Source: Actinomycetes bacterium (GTDB taxonomy: Bacteria > Actinomycetota > Acidimicrobiia > Acidimicrobiales > GCA-2861595). Taken from it: 64,000 bases of DNA. The notes beneath the pieces were generated by a model. That model was not told the origin of the DNA, did not search any database, and saw only the letters and a list, made by a program, of their open reading frames with translations. A program made the position numbers and the translations under genes. The DNA lies in NCBI GenBank assembly GCA_023264975.1, contig JAHFUS010000005.1, forward strand, positions 10,771 through 74,770, given 5' to 3'. Shown here piece after piece: positions 20,152-27,370 of the stretch; positions within the stretch are counted from its first letter, which is position 1, and each line of letters starts with the position of its first letter.

Positions 20152-20199
20152 TTCTGGTATCGGAAACCGACCGCTGGCGGTCGGTTTCCGATACCAGAA
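20152..20199. repeat. 48-nt perfect palindrome (22-bp stem, 4-nt loop) between grdB-like and grdC-like genes
   Basis: ttctggtatcggaaaccgaccg-ctgg-cggtcggtttccgataccagaa. Every position from 20152-20173 pairs with 20178-20199. It starts 9 nt after the upstream stop and ends 16 nt before the grdC ATG. Lower GC than its surroundings. Confidence 0.9.
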
Positions 20200-20208
20200 G
20201 CTTGGCCG

Positions 20209-21513
20209 TCACTCCGTCTCCCGGTCGACCGGGAACAGGGTCGGCTTGTGGACGGCGGTGGCAACCGCCTCCAGGCCCCGCTCCACCAGCCTCCGCCGCC
20301 ACGCCCGCTCCTTCTCGGCCCCGAGCGACGGGTCGCCCGTCGGGTAGGGGATGCCCCGCGTGGGTACGATGCGCGGCGCCCCCACCCGCTCGGCGATCGA
20401 GGTGAGGTTGCACAGCAGTGCCGTGGGAATCCCGGCCCGCTCCAACTCCTTCGCTAGCGTTGACCCGCAACGCGTCCCCGTTCCTCACGTGGCGGTGAGC
20501 AGGGCGGCCTGCACCCCCTGTCTGCGCAGGTCGGCCGCCCACTCCACGCCGAAGCGGCGGGCGTTGCCCACCGACGTGCCGTTGCCCGCCGTCACCAGGT
20601 ACTCGCCGTGCAGCTTGCCGATGGCGCCCTCGGCCTCCAACTGGCGGGCCGCGTCCAGGGGGACGATGCGGTGCGGGTCCTCGTTGGCCCACACGGTGGA
20701 GAAGCCGCCGTGCACCGACCGGAACTCGCCGGCGGGCAGGACATCGCGACCGTCGAGCGAGTACCGCAGCCAGCGGGTGGCGCGGGCGGACTCGAGGCTG
20801 TCGGGGTTGGCGTCGGGCACCAGAGCGCCCTCGGTGACGAGGGCCACCAGGGCGGTGGTGACATCGGTCACCGGCTGGGCCGGCGTCACCTGGTCGAAGC
20901 GGGGGAGGGGGACCTCCGTCGCCTCCCGGTCGCCACCCAGGCGGGCCAGCACCAGGGCGACGGCCCGCTCCGCGCTGGTCCGGTCGACGGTGACGTTGCG
21001 GCGGGGGATCTTGCCCACCCGGCCGTCGTCGGCACCCAGGGGCTCGCCTGCGGCAACCTTGCGGACGGCGGCGGCCAGTGTCTCCAGCGACGGCCCCATC
21101 TGGCGGGCCACCTCGCCGCTGGCCACCACGGGGGCGGTGCCGGCTTCGTCGATGCCCGGGTTGTCGGGGTGCATGCAGGCCACGGCGGCGATGCCCTCGG
21201 CCGCGGCCGCGGCGGCCACCCGCGCGCAGGCCAGGCCGTAGCGGCCGCTCGTGAATGCGGGGCCGGTGACCACCACGTCGGGACCGGCCGCCCGCACCAG
21301 GGCCAGGAGGTCGTCCATCACCTCGGGGCCGGCGGCGTGGTCGTCGCCGCACCACACCGTGGCCACGATCTCGAAGTCGTCGCCCAGTAACTGGGCCAGC
21401 TTGCGCCCGGGCCCGGCGGCGCCCGCCTTCGACGCCGGCGGCACCGTGGCGGTGTCCTCCCCGCCGAGGCCGGCGAAGAACTGGTTGATGTAGTGGACGA
21501 CGCGTGTGGTCAC
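20209..21513 (-). CDS. grdB: Glycine/sarcosine/betaine reductase component B selenoprotein subunit (GrdB/GrdF/GrdH family), with in-frame UGA = Sec
   Basis: GTG 21513 in a GTGA overlap with the upstream stop, preceded by CAGGAGG. N-terminus VTTRVVHYINQFFAGLGGEDTA. ORF 20485..22335 (last 342 codons) and ORF 20209..20445 are in frame across the TGA: ..GVQAALLTAT-U-GTGTRCGSTLAKELERAGIPTALLCNLTSIAERVGAPRIVP.. Total 434 codons. Assigning B versus F versus H is not possible by eye. Confidence 0.88.
20457..20473 (-). other. Candidate SECIS hairpin of the grdB-family gene
   Basis: mRNA 5'-GCGUUG CGGGU CAACGC-3', beginning 12 nt after the UGA. The apical loop starts about 18 nt after the UGA and has G in its second position, which is compatible with the general bacterial SECIS description. 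Confidence 0.45.
20485..20487 (-). other. UGA selenocysteine codon of the grdB-family gene
   Basis: Reverse complement reads ..CTC ACC GCC ACG TGA GGA ACG GGG ACG CGT TGC GGG TCA.. = L T A T U G T G T R C G S. The frame continues 92 codons to TGA at 20209-20211. Confidence 0.88.
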
Positions 21514-22808
21514 GAGGCCTCCTGACACGTGAGGTGGCCCCAGCCGAGGGGGCTGAGCGAGGCGTAGACGACGGCGGCGGGCAGCTCGAAGGCGTCGAGG
21601 GCGGTGGCGGCGGCCACGTCGACCCGGTCGCCACCGAGCGCCCGTTCCATGGCGGGGAGCGACAGCCGCTCGTCGTAGTTGCCGGTGCTCACCATGGCGG
21701 TCGCCTTGGTGGGCGGCACCACGATCGACGGCCCGGTGCCGTCCGCCCCTGCCATCTCGGCGTAGAGGGCGACGGTGGGTATACCCAGCTCTTCGAGGGC
21801 GTCCATCTTGAGGGCCATGTCGGCGTCGGCGTTGCCGCCACCCTCCTTGGTGACGATGACGGCGTCGAACCCGGCCGCCTTGCACAGGCGGGCGGCGTGG
21901 GCGCTCACCAGTTCCTTGTTGGTGGCGTCGACCGGTTCGGGCGACAGCACCACGCCGGCGCAGAGCAGATCGACGCCGTGGCGGGCCCGCAGGGCGGCCA
22001 CCACCGGGTGGTTCTGGAACACCCAGGTGGGGTTCTTGAGGCTGGGGTGGCCCAGCTGACCGCTCACCACGGCGCCGTCGTCGAGGTCGCCCGGGTCGAT
22101 GAGGGTGGGCAGGGCGATGGAGCCGAAGCTGCGCCCGTAGACGAAGATCTCCTTGAACGTGCCCTGCGTCTGGAGGTTGGTGATGGCCGCCACCCGGGGC
22201 AGGCTCCGGTCGCCGGCATCGGGCAGCCCGGGCAGCTCCTCGACGGCATCGGGGGTGGCGCCCAGGGCCGCCTCGGCCAGTCGGGCGGCGAGAGCCAGCG
22301 AGCCATTGCGTAGCGCCTCGTAGACGGCCTCCCATGCCGCGCCGGGAGCGGGTGCGAACTCGACCACCAGGTTGTGGGTGGTGCCGAGGGGCGACAGTGG
22401 TGCGGCCGGCCCGGACATGTCGACCACGGCCTCCTGGGCCCGGGGCAGGAAACCGGCCGTCACCACCGCTGTGCCCCGCAGGACGTGCGTGGTGCCGCGA
22501 CCCTGGGGCATGGCGGGCCCGACGAAGCCCGGGAAGATACCTCCGCCACCCGGGCCCTTGGTGCGGGGCTCCACTGCATCCAGAACCTTCACGATTCGGG
22601 TCGAATCGCCCGGCGATGCCCAGGACACCCGTACCTCGGCCAGCGCAGGGTCGGCCACGAGGGCCGCAGCTTCGGCGGACGACACGGTGAGCGTACCGGC
22701 GTCGTACGTGGTCTGGTCACCGAGTGCGACGGCGCGCACAAGGTGGACCAGCCGGGTCAGACCTGTGCCGGAGCTGTCTCGTGCCGACGCACCACTCCTC
22801 GCGTCCAC
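21510..22808 (-). CDS. Glycine/sarcosine/betaine reductase component B, non-seleno subunit (GrdE/GrdG/GrdI family)
   Basis: GGGGIFPGFVGP, LIDPGDLDDGAVVSG, QNHPVVAALRARHGVDL, VIVTKEGGGNADADM and STGNYDE blocks recall GrdE-type proteins. GTG 22808 start; a later in-frame GTG is possible. Confidence 0.8.
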   Translation of the reverse strand: MDARSGASARDSSGTGLTRLVHLVRAVALGDQTTYDAGTLTVSSAEAAALVADPALAEVRVSWASPGDSTRIVKVLDAVEPRTKGPGGGGIFPGFVGPAMPQGRGTTHVLRGTAVVTAGFLPRAQEAVVDMSGPAAPLSPLGTTHNLVVEFAPAPGAAWEAVYEALRNGSLALAARLAEAALGATPDAVEELPGLPDAGDRSLPRVAAITNLQTQGTFKEIFVYGRSFGSIALPTLIDPGDLDDGAVVSGQLGHPSLKNPTWVFQNHPVVAALRARHGVDLLCAGVVLSPEPVDATNKELVSAHAARLCKAAGFDAVIVTKEGGGNADADMALKMDALEELGIPTVALYAEMAGADGTGPSIVVPPTKATAMVSTGNYDERLSLPAMERALGGDRVDVAAATALDAFELPAAVVYASLSPLGWGHLTCQEAS

Positions 22809-22907
22809 ACCCCAGTTGTACTCGCAGGAGGACCTGATCGAACAGTTCTCAAGGCCAGCCCTCTCCGTGCCGATAGCGAAGTGGGCGAAGTCTGGGAGGA
22901 CCGGAGC

Positions 22908-23576
22908 GTGGTTGCAGGGCTGTCCAGCCGGGTGCGGCGGCGGGTTCCCGCCGTGGTCATCGCCCTAGCGGTGCTGTGGGCCGTCGGCCTTGCGCTCTTG
23001 GAGCCCGCTGCCGCGGCCGGAGGGGGGCCTGGCGACGGCGACCCGATCGGGCCGCTCGCGCCCACGACGAACCTCCAGGTGACACCCCTCACCGTGCCGC
23101 CCGCGACGCTTCCGCCGGTGACCCTGCCACCCGTCCCGGTGGAGCCGTCGATCGCCGTGCCTCCGGTTCCGCTTCCCGACCTCCAGTCGCTCGTGCCCGG
23201 ACCCGCGCCGGCCGGGGTGTCCGAGGGCCAGACGGCGGCCGCACCCGATGCGGCGCCCACTCCGACGGACGTGGCGTCGGCGCCCGCCGCCTCGGATGCC
23301 CCGGCCGTCGCCAAAGCGCCGCCCAGTTCGCCCCACCCCGTGGCCCCGGTGGTGCGCACGCCGCCGGCGCCGGCGACGGTCCCGTCGGTCACCGGGCCAC
23401 TCCCGCTCCGCCTGCGCAACGCCGCATTGCAGACGGCCCGGCGGCTCTCCGTGCCCATGGGGCTGGCTGCCGCCATCGTGGTCTTCCTCGTGCTGCAACC
23501 CCGGCTCGACCGGAATGACCCGAACGTGGCCCACGCCGGCGTCAGCCGCGACGACGACCTCCTCGGTTTCCAGTGA
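22908..23576 (+). CDS. Hypothetical Pro/Ala-rich secreted or membrane-anchored protein
   Basis: GTG 22908 is 7 nt after GGGAGGA. N-terminal signal-like RRRVPAVVIALAVLWAVGLALLEPAAAA, a PVxP-rich middle, and a C-terminal TM helix (LSVPMGLAAAIVVFLVLQP). The upstream part of the 400-aa ORF is antisense to the grdE-like gene. Confidence 0.5.
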   Translation: MVAGLSSRVRRRVPAVVIALAVLWAVGLALLEPAAAAGGGPGDGDPIGPLAPTTNLQVTPLTVPPATLPPVTLPPVPVEPSIAVPPVPLPDLQSLVPGPAPAGVSEGQTAAAPDAAPTPTDVASAPAASDAPAVAKAPPSSPHPVAPVVRTPPAPATVPSVTGPLPLRLRNAALQTARRLSVPMGLAAAIVVFLVLQPRLDRNDPNVAHAGVSRDDDLLGFQ

Positions 23577-23619
23577 CCGGCCCCCGCCCCTGCTGGGCGC
23601 CGCTCCGGTCGGCGAACCG

Positions 23620-25527
23620 ATGCGAACTTCACAGCGTTCTGCCGACCAGAACCGGTTGGCAGTGACGGGCCGGGTCGTGCGGGCCATCGAGGAGCGCGGT
23701 GTCGCGGCTCCCGGGGCCGAAGCAGCGCCGGAGACGAGTCGAGCCGCACAGTTCCTCCAGGAGCTGGCCGAGGTGGGGTGGACCGACGCTGCGTCAACGC
23801 CTCCCGACGGCGCCACGGTCCTGCCGGCCGAAGGCCGCCCCTTCGCGCGGAGGCGGGTGTTGAAGCCCGCCTCGCCGTCGGTGCCGTTCCCCATCGCCGT
23901 GTCGGAGCCGGCGCCGAAGCCGGCCGACGCCGAGGGACCGGCCGCGGCCGACCACGCCGTCGACCTGGCGCCGCTCCACCTGCGCCTCCTCATGCTCCAG
24001 GCCCTGCGGATCGCCCTCGCCGTCATAACCGCCACCACCGTCCTGGTCCTCCCCGGGCCGCTCGGGCCCGACCCAGGCCCCGGCCTGGCCGTTGTGAGCG
24101 TGGCCTACGCCCTGGTCTCCAGCGGCATCGAGCTGGCCCGTCGCCACATGGCCCTTCGGAGCGCGGCGCTGGTGGGCGGGCTGATCCTCTTCGACGGCGT
24201 CTACCTGGCCGTCGTCATGGCCGACACGGGTGGGCCCCAGAGCGTCCTGTCATTCCTGGTCCTGGTGCACGTGATCGCCGTCACCCTGCTCCTCTCCTTC
24301 CGCAACGGGCTGAAGGCGGCGCTGTGGCACGCCCTCCTGCTGTTCGTCGCGTCCTGGTTGACCCAGGCGGGCGTGGTGGACGCCCGGCCCGGCGGCAGCC
24401 CCGAGCAGGCCGCCGTGCTCGGCGCGTTGGCCCTGCTGGTGGTGGCCGTGGCCACCGCCTGGTTCTCGTCCCTGAACGAGGGTGAGCTGCGGCGGGGCAA
24501 GGCCGGGCTGCGGGCGCTGGCCGGGATGGGCGCCCGGATGGCCGGCAGCCGCGACCGCACCGAGTTGGTGCAGGCCCTGCTCGAAGCGGTGGCGGAAGCG
24601 TTCGGGCACCAGCGGGCCGCCGTGGTCGTCGCCGACGACGAGAGCCGTACCGCCACCGCCTACGTGATCGGCCGGTACGGATCGCTGGACAAGGCGGCCA
24701 CCGGCCCGGCCGGCAACGCCGTCGTGCGCCATTCGCTGAGCATCGTCGAGGGGGCCGCCGCCGTCGACCCGCTGCTCATGCGAGCCATCGACCCCGACCG
24801 CGACCACCTGCTGGCGGTCGCCCTTCCCGGTGCTGTCAACGTGATGGTCGCGCCCCTGGTGGTGGAGGGCCGTCCCATCGGCGCCCTGGCCGTGGAGCGG
24901 GGCGGCGGTCGCCGCACCCGGGTGACGGCCCGCACGGTCGACCTGCTCGGCCAGTTTGCCGCCCATGCCGCGCTGGCGTTGCGCGCCGCATCCCTTCAGG
25001 CCGAGGTGGAGCGCCTGGCCCGCACCGACGGTCTTACCGGCCTGGCCAATCGCCGCTCGTTCGAAGCCGCCCTCGAGCACGAGCTGGCCCAGGCCGTGCG
25101 CCGGGGGGAACCGTGCGGGCTGATCGTGGTCGATGTCGACCACTTCAAGGCGGTCAACGACACGTACGGGCACCAGACGGGCGACGAGGTCCTCGAGAAG
25201 GTGGCGTGGGCGCTCGCCGCCGCCGCCCGCACGACCGACCTGGTGGCCCGCTACGGCGGCGAGGAGTTCGCCGTCATCCTTCCGTCGTGCGACGGCATCG
25301 AGGCCGTTCAGGTGGCCGAGCGGCTGCGGGCGGCGGTGGCCGGGCAGGAGGGGGCAGTCGCCGTCACCGTCAGCGCCGGCGTCGCCGTGTTCCCGGCCGA
25401 CGGCAGCGACGGCTCGTCGCTCGTGGCGGCGGCCGACAAGGCGCTCTACAAGGCCAAGCGGCAGGGTCGTGACCGCACCGTGCGCTACCGCCGTCCCCGC
25501 CCCGCTGCCGCTGCCGCTGCCTCGTAG
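23620..25527 (+). CDS. Membrane-bound diguanylate cyclase (multi-TM, GAF-like, GGDEF)
   Basis: DGLTGLANRRSF, VDVDHFKAVNDTYGHQTGD, RYGGEEF and ALYKAKRQGRDR. Preceded by about 6 hydrophobic helices and a GAF-like segment. Start ATG 23620 is provisional. Confidence 0.88.
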   Translation: MRTSQRSADQNRLAVTGRVVRAIEERGVAAPGAEAAPETSRAAQFLQELAEVGWTDAASTPPDGATVLPAEGRPFARRRVLKPASPSVPFPIAVSEPAPKPADAEGPAAADHAVDLAPLHLRLLMLQALRIALAVITATTVLVLPGPLGPDPGPGLAVVSVAYALVSSGIELARRHMALRSAALVGGLILFDGVYLAVVMADTGGPQSVLSFLVLVHVIAVTLLLSFRNGLKAALWHALLLFVASWLTQAGVVDARPGGSPEQAAVLGALALLVVAVATAWFSSLNEGELRRGKAGLRALAGMGARMAGSRDRTELVQALLEAVAEAFGHQRAAVVVADDESRTATAYVIGRYGSLDKAATGPAGNAVVRHSLSIVEGAAAVDPLLMRAIDPDRDHLLAVALPGAVNVMVAPLVVEGRPIGALAVERGGGRRTRVTARTVDLLGQFAAHAALALRAASLQAEVERLARTDGLTGLANRRSFEAALEHELAQAVRRGEPCGLIVVDVDHFKAVNDTYGHQTGDEVLEKVAWALAAAARTTDLVARYGGEEFAVILPSCDGIEAVQVAERLRAAVAGQEGAVAVTVSAGVAVFPADGSDGSSLVAAADKALYKAKRQGRDRTVRYRRPRPAAAAAAS

Positions 25528-25593
25528 GCGCGGGAGGCGTCGTAGGCTCGGCCTCCCGTGGCGGCCGCCGCCGGCGGCCAGCAAGGAGCGCCC

Positions 25594-26013
25594 ATGAGCC
25601 CGGAGATGGCCAAGACCGACGAGGAATGGCGCCGGCAGCTGACGCCCGAGCAGTTCCGGGTCCTGCGTCAGAAGGGGACCGAGCGGGCGTTCACCGGCAA
25701 GTACGTCGACGCCAAGGACGACGGCACCTACCGGTGCGCGGCGTGCGGCGCCGCTCTGTTCATGTCGGGCACCAAGTTCGAGTCCGGCACAGGCTGGCCG
25801 AGCTTCACCGAGCCGGCGGTGGCCGAGGCGGTCGAGCTGATCAAGGACCGCAGCCACGGCATGGTGCGCACCGAGGTGGTGTGCCGCAACTGTGGTGGCC
25901 ACCTGGGCCACGTGTTCGACGACGGCCCCGGCCCCGGCGGCCAGCGATTCTGCATCAACTCCGCCTCGCTGGATCTCGACACCGACGCGCCGCCGCCGCT
26001 GCCCGGGGTCTGA
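25594..26013 (+). CDS. msrB: Peptide-methionine (R)-S-oxide reductase MsrB (Cys-type)
   Basis: [39 protein letters not shown] and RFCINSASL. Confidence 0.93.
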   Translation: MSPEMAKTDEEWRRQLTPEQFRVLRQKGTERAFTGKYVDAKDDGTYRCAACGAALFMSGTKFESGTGWPSFTEPAVAEAVELIKDRSHGMVRTEVVCRNCGGHLGHVFDDGPGPGGQRFCINSASLDLDTDAPPPLPGV

Positions 26014-26041
26014 GCCACCTGGGGGGCCGTAGGATCGGCCA

Positions 26042-26878
26042 GTGCCCCGCATCGTCGACATCCTCCCGTCCTTCGAGGAGTACGCCCGGAAGACGTTCGT
26101 CGACTCGCCGATGGTGCGCGAGTCGCGCTGGAAGGACCTCTACGAGAGCGCCAACCCCGAGATCTTCGAGGCGTTCTACGCCGGTCAGGGGGACACGGTG
26201 GGCAAGTCGGCGGTGGTGCGCGAGCTCACCATCGTGCGGGACCGGGTGAGCGAGGGCGGTCCCGTGCTCCACCGGGTGATCGAGGAGGTGGAGCCGGCCG
26301 TGCGCGACGTACTCGGCCTGGCTCCCACACCCGATCCGCTGCACGTCCTCATGGTCGGGCCCTACTCGGTCAACGTGCTGGTCGGCTCGATGGGCGACGA
26401 GGTTGCGGTCTTCCACTGCCTGGAGTGGTTCCAGTCCGAGGCGGGCAGCCGGGTCCTGGTGGCCCATGAGGACGCCCACGCCTGGCACCGGATCGTGCTC
26501 GGCGCCGTGCCCCCCGAGAGTGATGCGGTATGGACGACGTTCTCCGAGGGGCTGGCCACGCTCGTTTCCCGCCAGGTCGTGGCGGACCGCCCGGAGGAGG
26601 ACTACTTCTGGTTCGGCCACGAGGGCTTCGAGGACTGGCTGCCGTGGTGCGTGGAGCACCGGGCCGAGCTGGTGGCCCGCTTCCGCGACGAGCTCGACGC
26701 CGAGGGCACGGCCGACACGTTCTTCGGCTCAGGTCTGGTGGAGAAGCGCTGGCGGGTCGGGTACTACCTGGCCGATCTCGTGGTTGGGGCGATGGAGCGC
26801 ACCCTGCCCGAGCTGGTCGCACTGACCGTGGACGAAGCGCGCGACGCCGTGCGAGAGGCGCTTGCGAATCTCACTTGA
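26042..26878 (+). CDS. Hypothetical protein with HExxH motif (putative Zn-dependent peptidase-like, DUF2268-like)
   Basis: VLVAHEDAHAWH contains HEDAH. Good GC3 throughout. The family assignment is from memory only. Confidence 0.65.
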   Translation: MPRIVDILPSFEEYARKTFVDSPMVRESRWKDLYESANPEIFEAFYAGQGDTVGKSAVVRELTIVRDRVSEGGPVLHRVIEEVEPAVRDVLGLAPTPDPLHVLMVGPYSVNVLVGSMGDEVAVFHCLEWFQSEAGSRVLVAHEDAHAWHRIVLGAVPPESDAVWTTFSEGLATLVSRQVVADRPEEDYFWFGHEGFEDWLPWCVEHRAELVARFRDELDAEGTADTFFGSGLVEKRWRVGYYLADLVVGAMERTLPELVALTVDEARDAVREALANLT

Positions 26879-26970
26879 CCTGGCCCCAAGGGCCAGGTTC
26901 TACCCTTCTCTCCAGATGCGATCCCCCGACGCGATGCCGGGGTGCTCTGCATCGGAGGAGGAGTTCCAGC

Positions 26971-27171
26971 ATGACGATGACGACCGGCTGCTCCTGCGGC
27001 TGCAGTTCCATGACGTCTCTCACGGCCGCCGCCGAGCCCTGCGGCTGCGGGTGCGAGTGCTGCGGCGCCGCGGCCAAGTCCCGCGAGGACGAGATCACCG
27101 AGCTGCACAACCTGCGGGCGGCCATCGAGACACGCCTGTCCGAGCTCTCGACCGACCCCGTCCCGGGGTAA
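26971..27171 (+). CDS. Small Cys-rich protein (66 aa), metallothionein-like N-terminus plus helical tail
   Basis: GGAGGAGGAG lies 7 nt before the ATG. MTMTTGCSCGCSSMTSLTAAAEPCGCGCECCGAAAKSREDEITELHNLRAAIETRLSELSTDPVPG*. There are 8 Cys in the first 31 residues. Nearly every codon ends in G/C; TAA stop. Confidence 0.7.
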   Translation: MTMTTGCSCGCSSMTSLTAAAEPCGCGCECCGAAAKSREDEITELHNLRAAIETRLSELSTDPVPG

Positions 27172-27370
27172 CCCGAGGATGTCCGGGCGGCGACGAGGCC
27201 GGCCGGAGCCGGCTGATCCCCCGGCCGGCCCGGCCGGCCTCGCGCGCACCCGCGGGCCAGGCCCGCCGGCCGGGGACCCTCCCGCGCGAGTGACCCGTGC
27301 CGGCCTCGCGCTCGCGTGAAGATCCACCGTCATGTCGTCGACGGCTCCCTGGGGGCGGACTGATCGCCCG

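Noticed and set aside
22809-22907. Looked for a glycine riboswitch or other known leader upstream of the grdE-like gene
   Set aside because: The minus-strand leader contains GGAGAG. It lacks the conserved CCGAAGG..GCAA and CUCUGGAGAG..ACCGAAGG cores of glycine riboswitch aptamers, so I make no riboswitch call. The region is merely somewhat lower in GC.
25594-26013. Checked whether MsrB, SelD or the molybdoenzyme are additional selenoproteins
   Set aside because: MsrB has Cys at the catalytic RFCINS position. SelD has Cys in its N-terminal loop. The nitrate-reductase-type enzyme has LCMSS with Cys and an uninterrupted ORF. None has an in-frame TGA.
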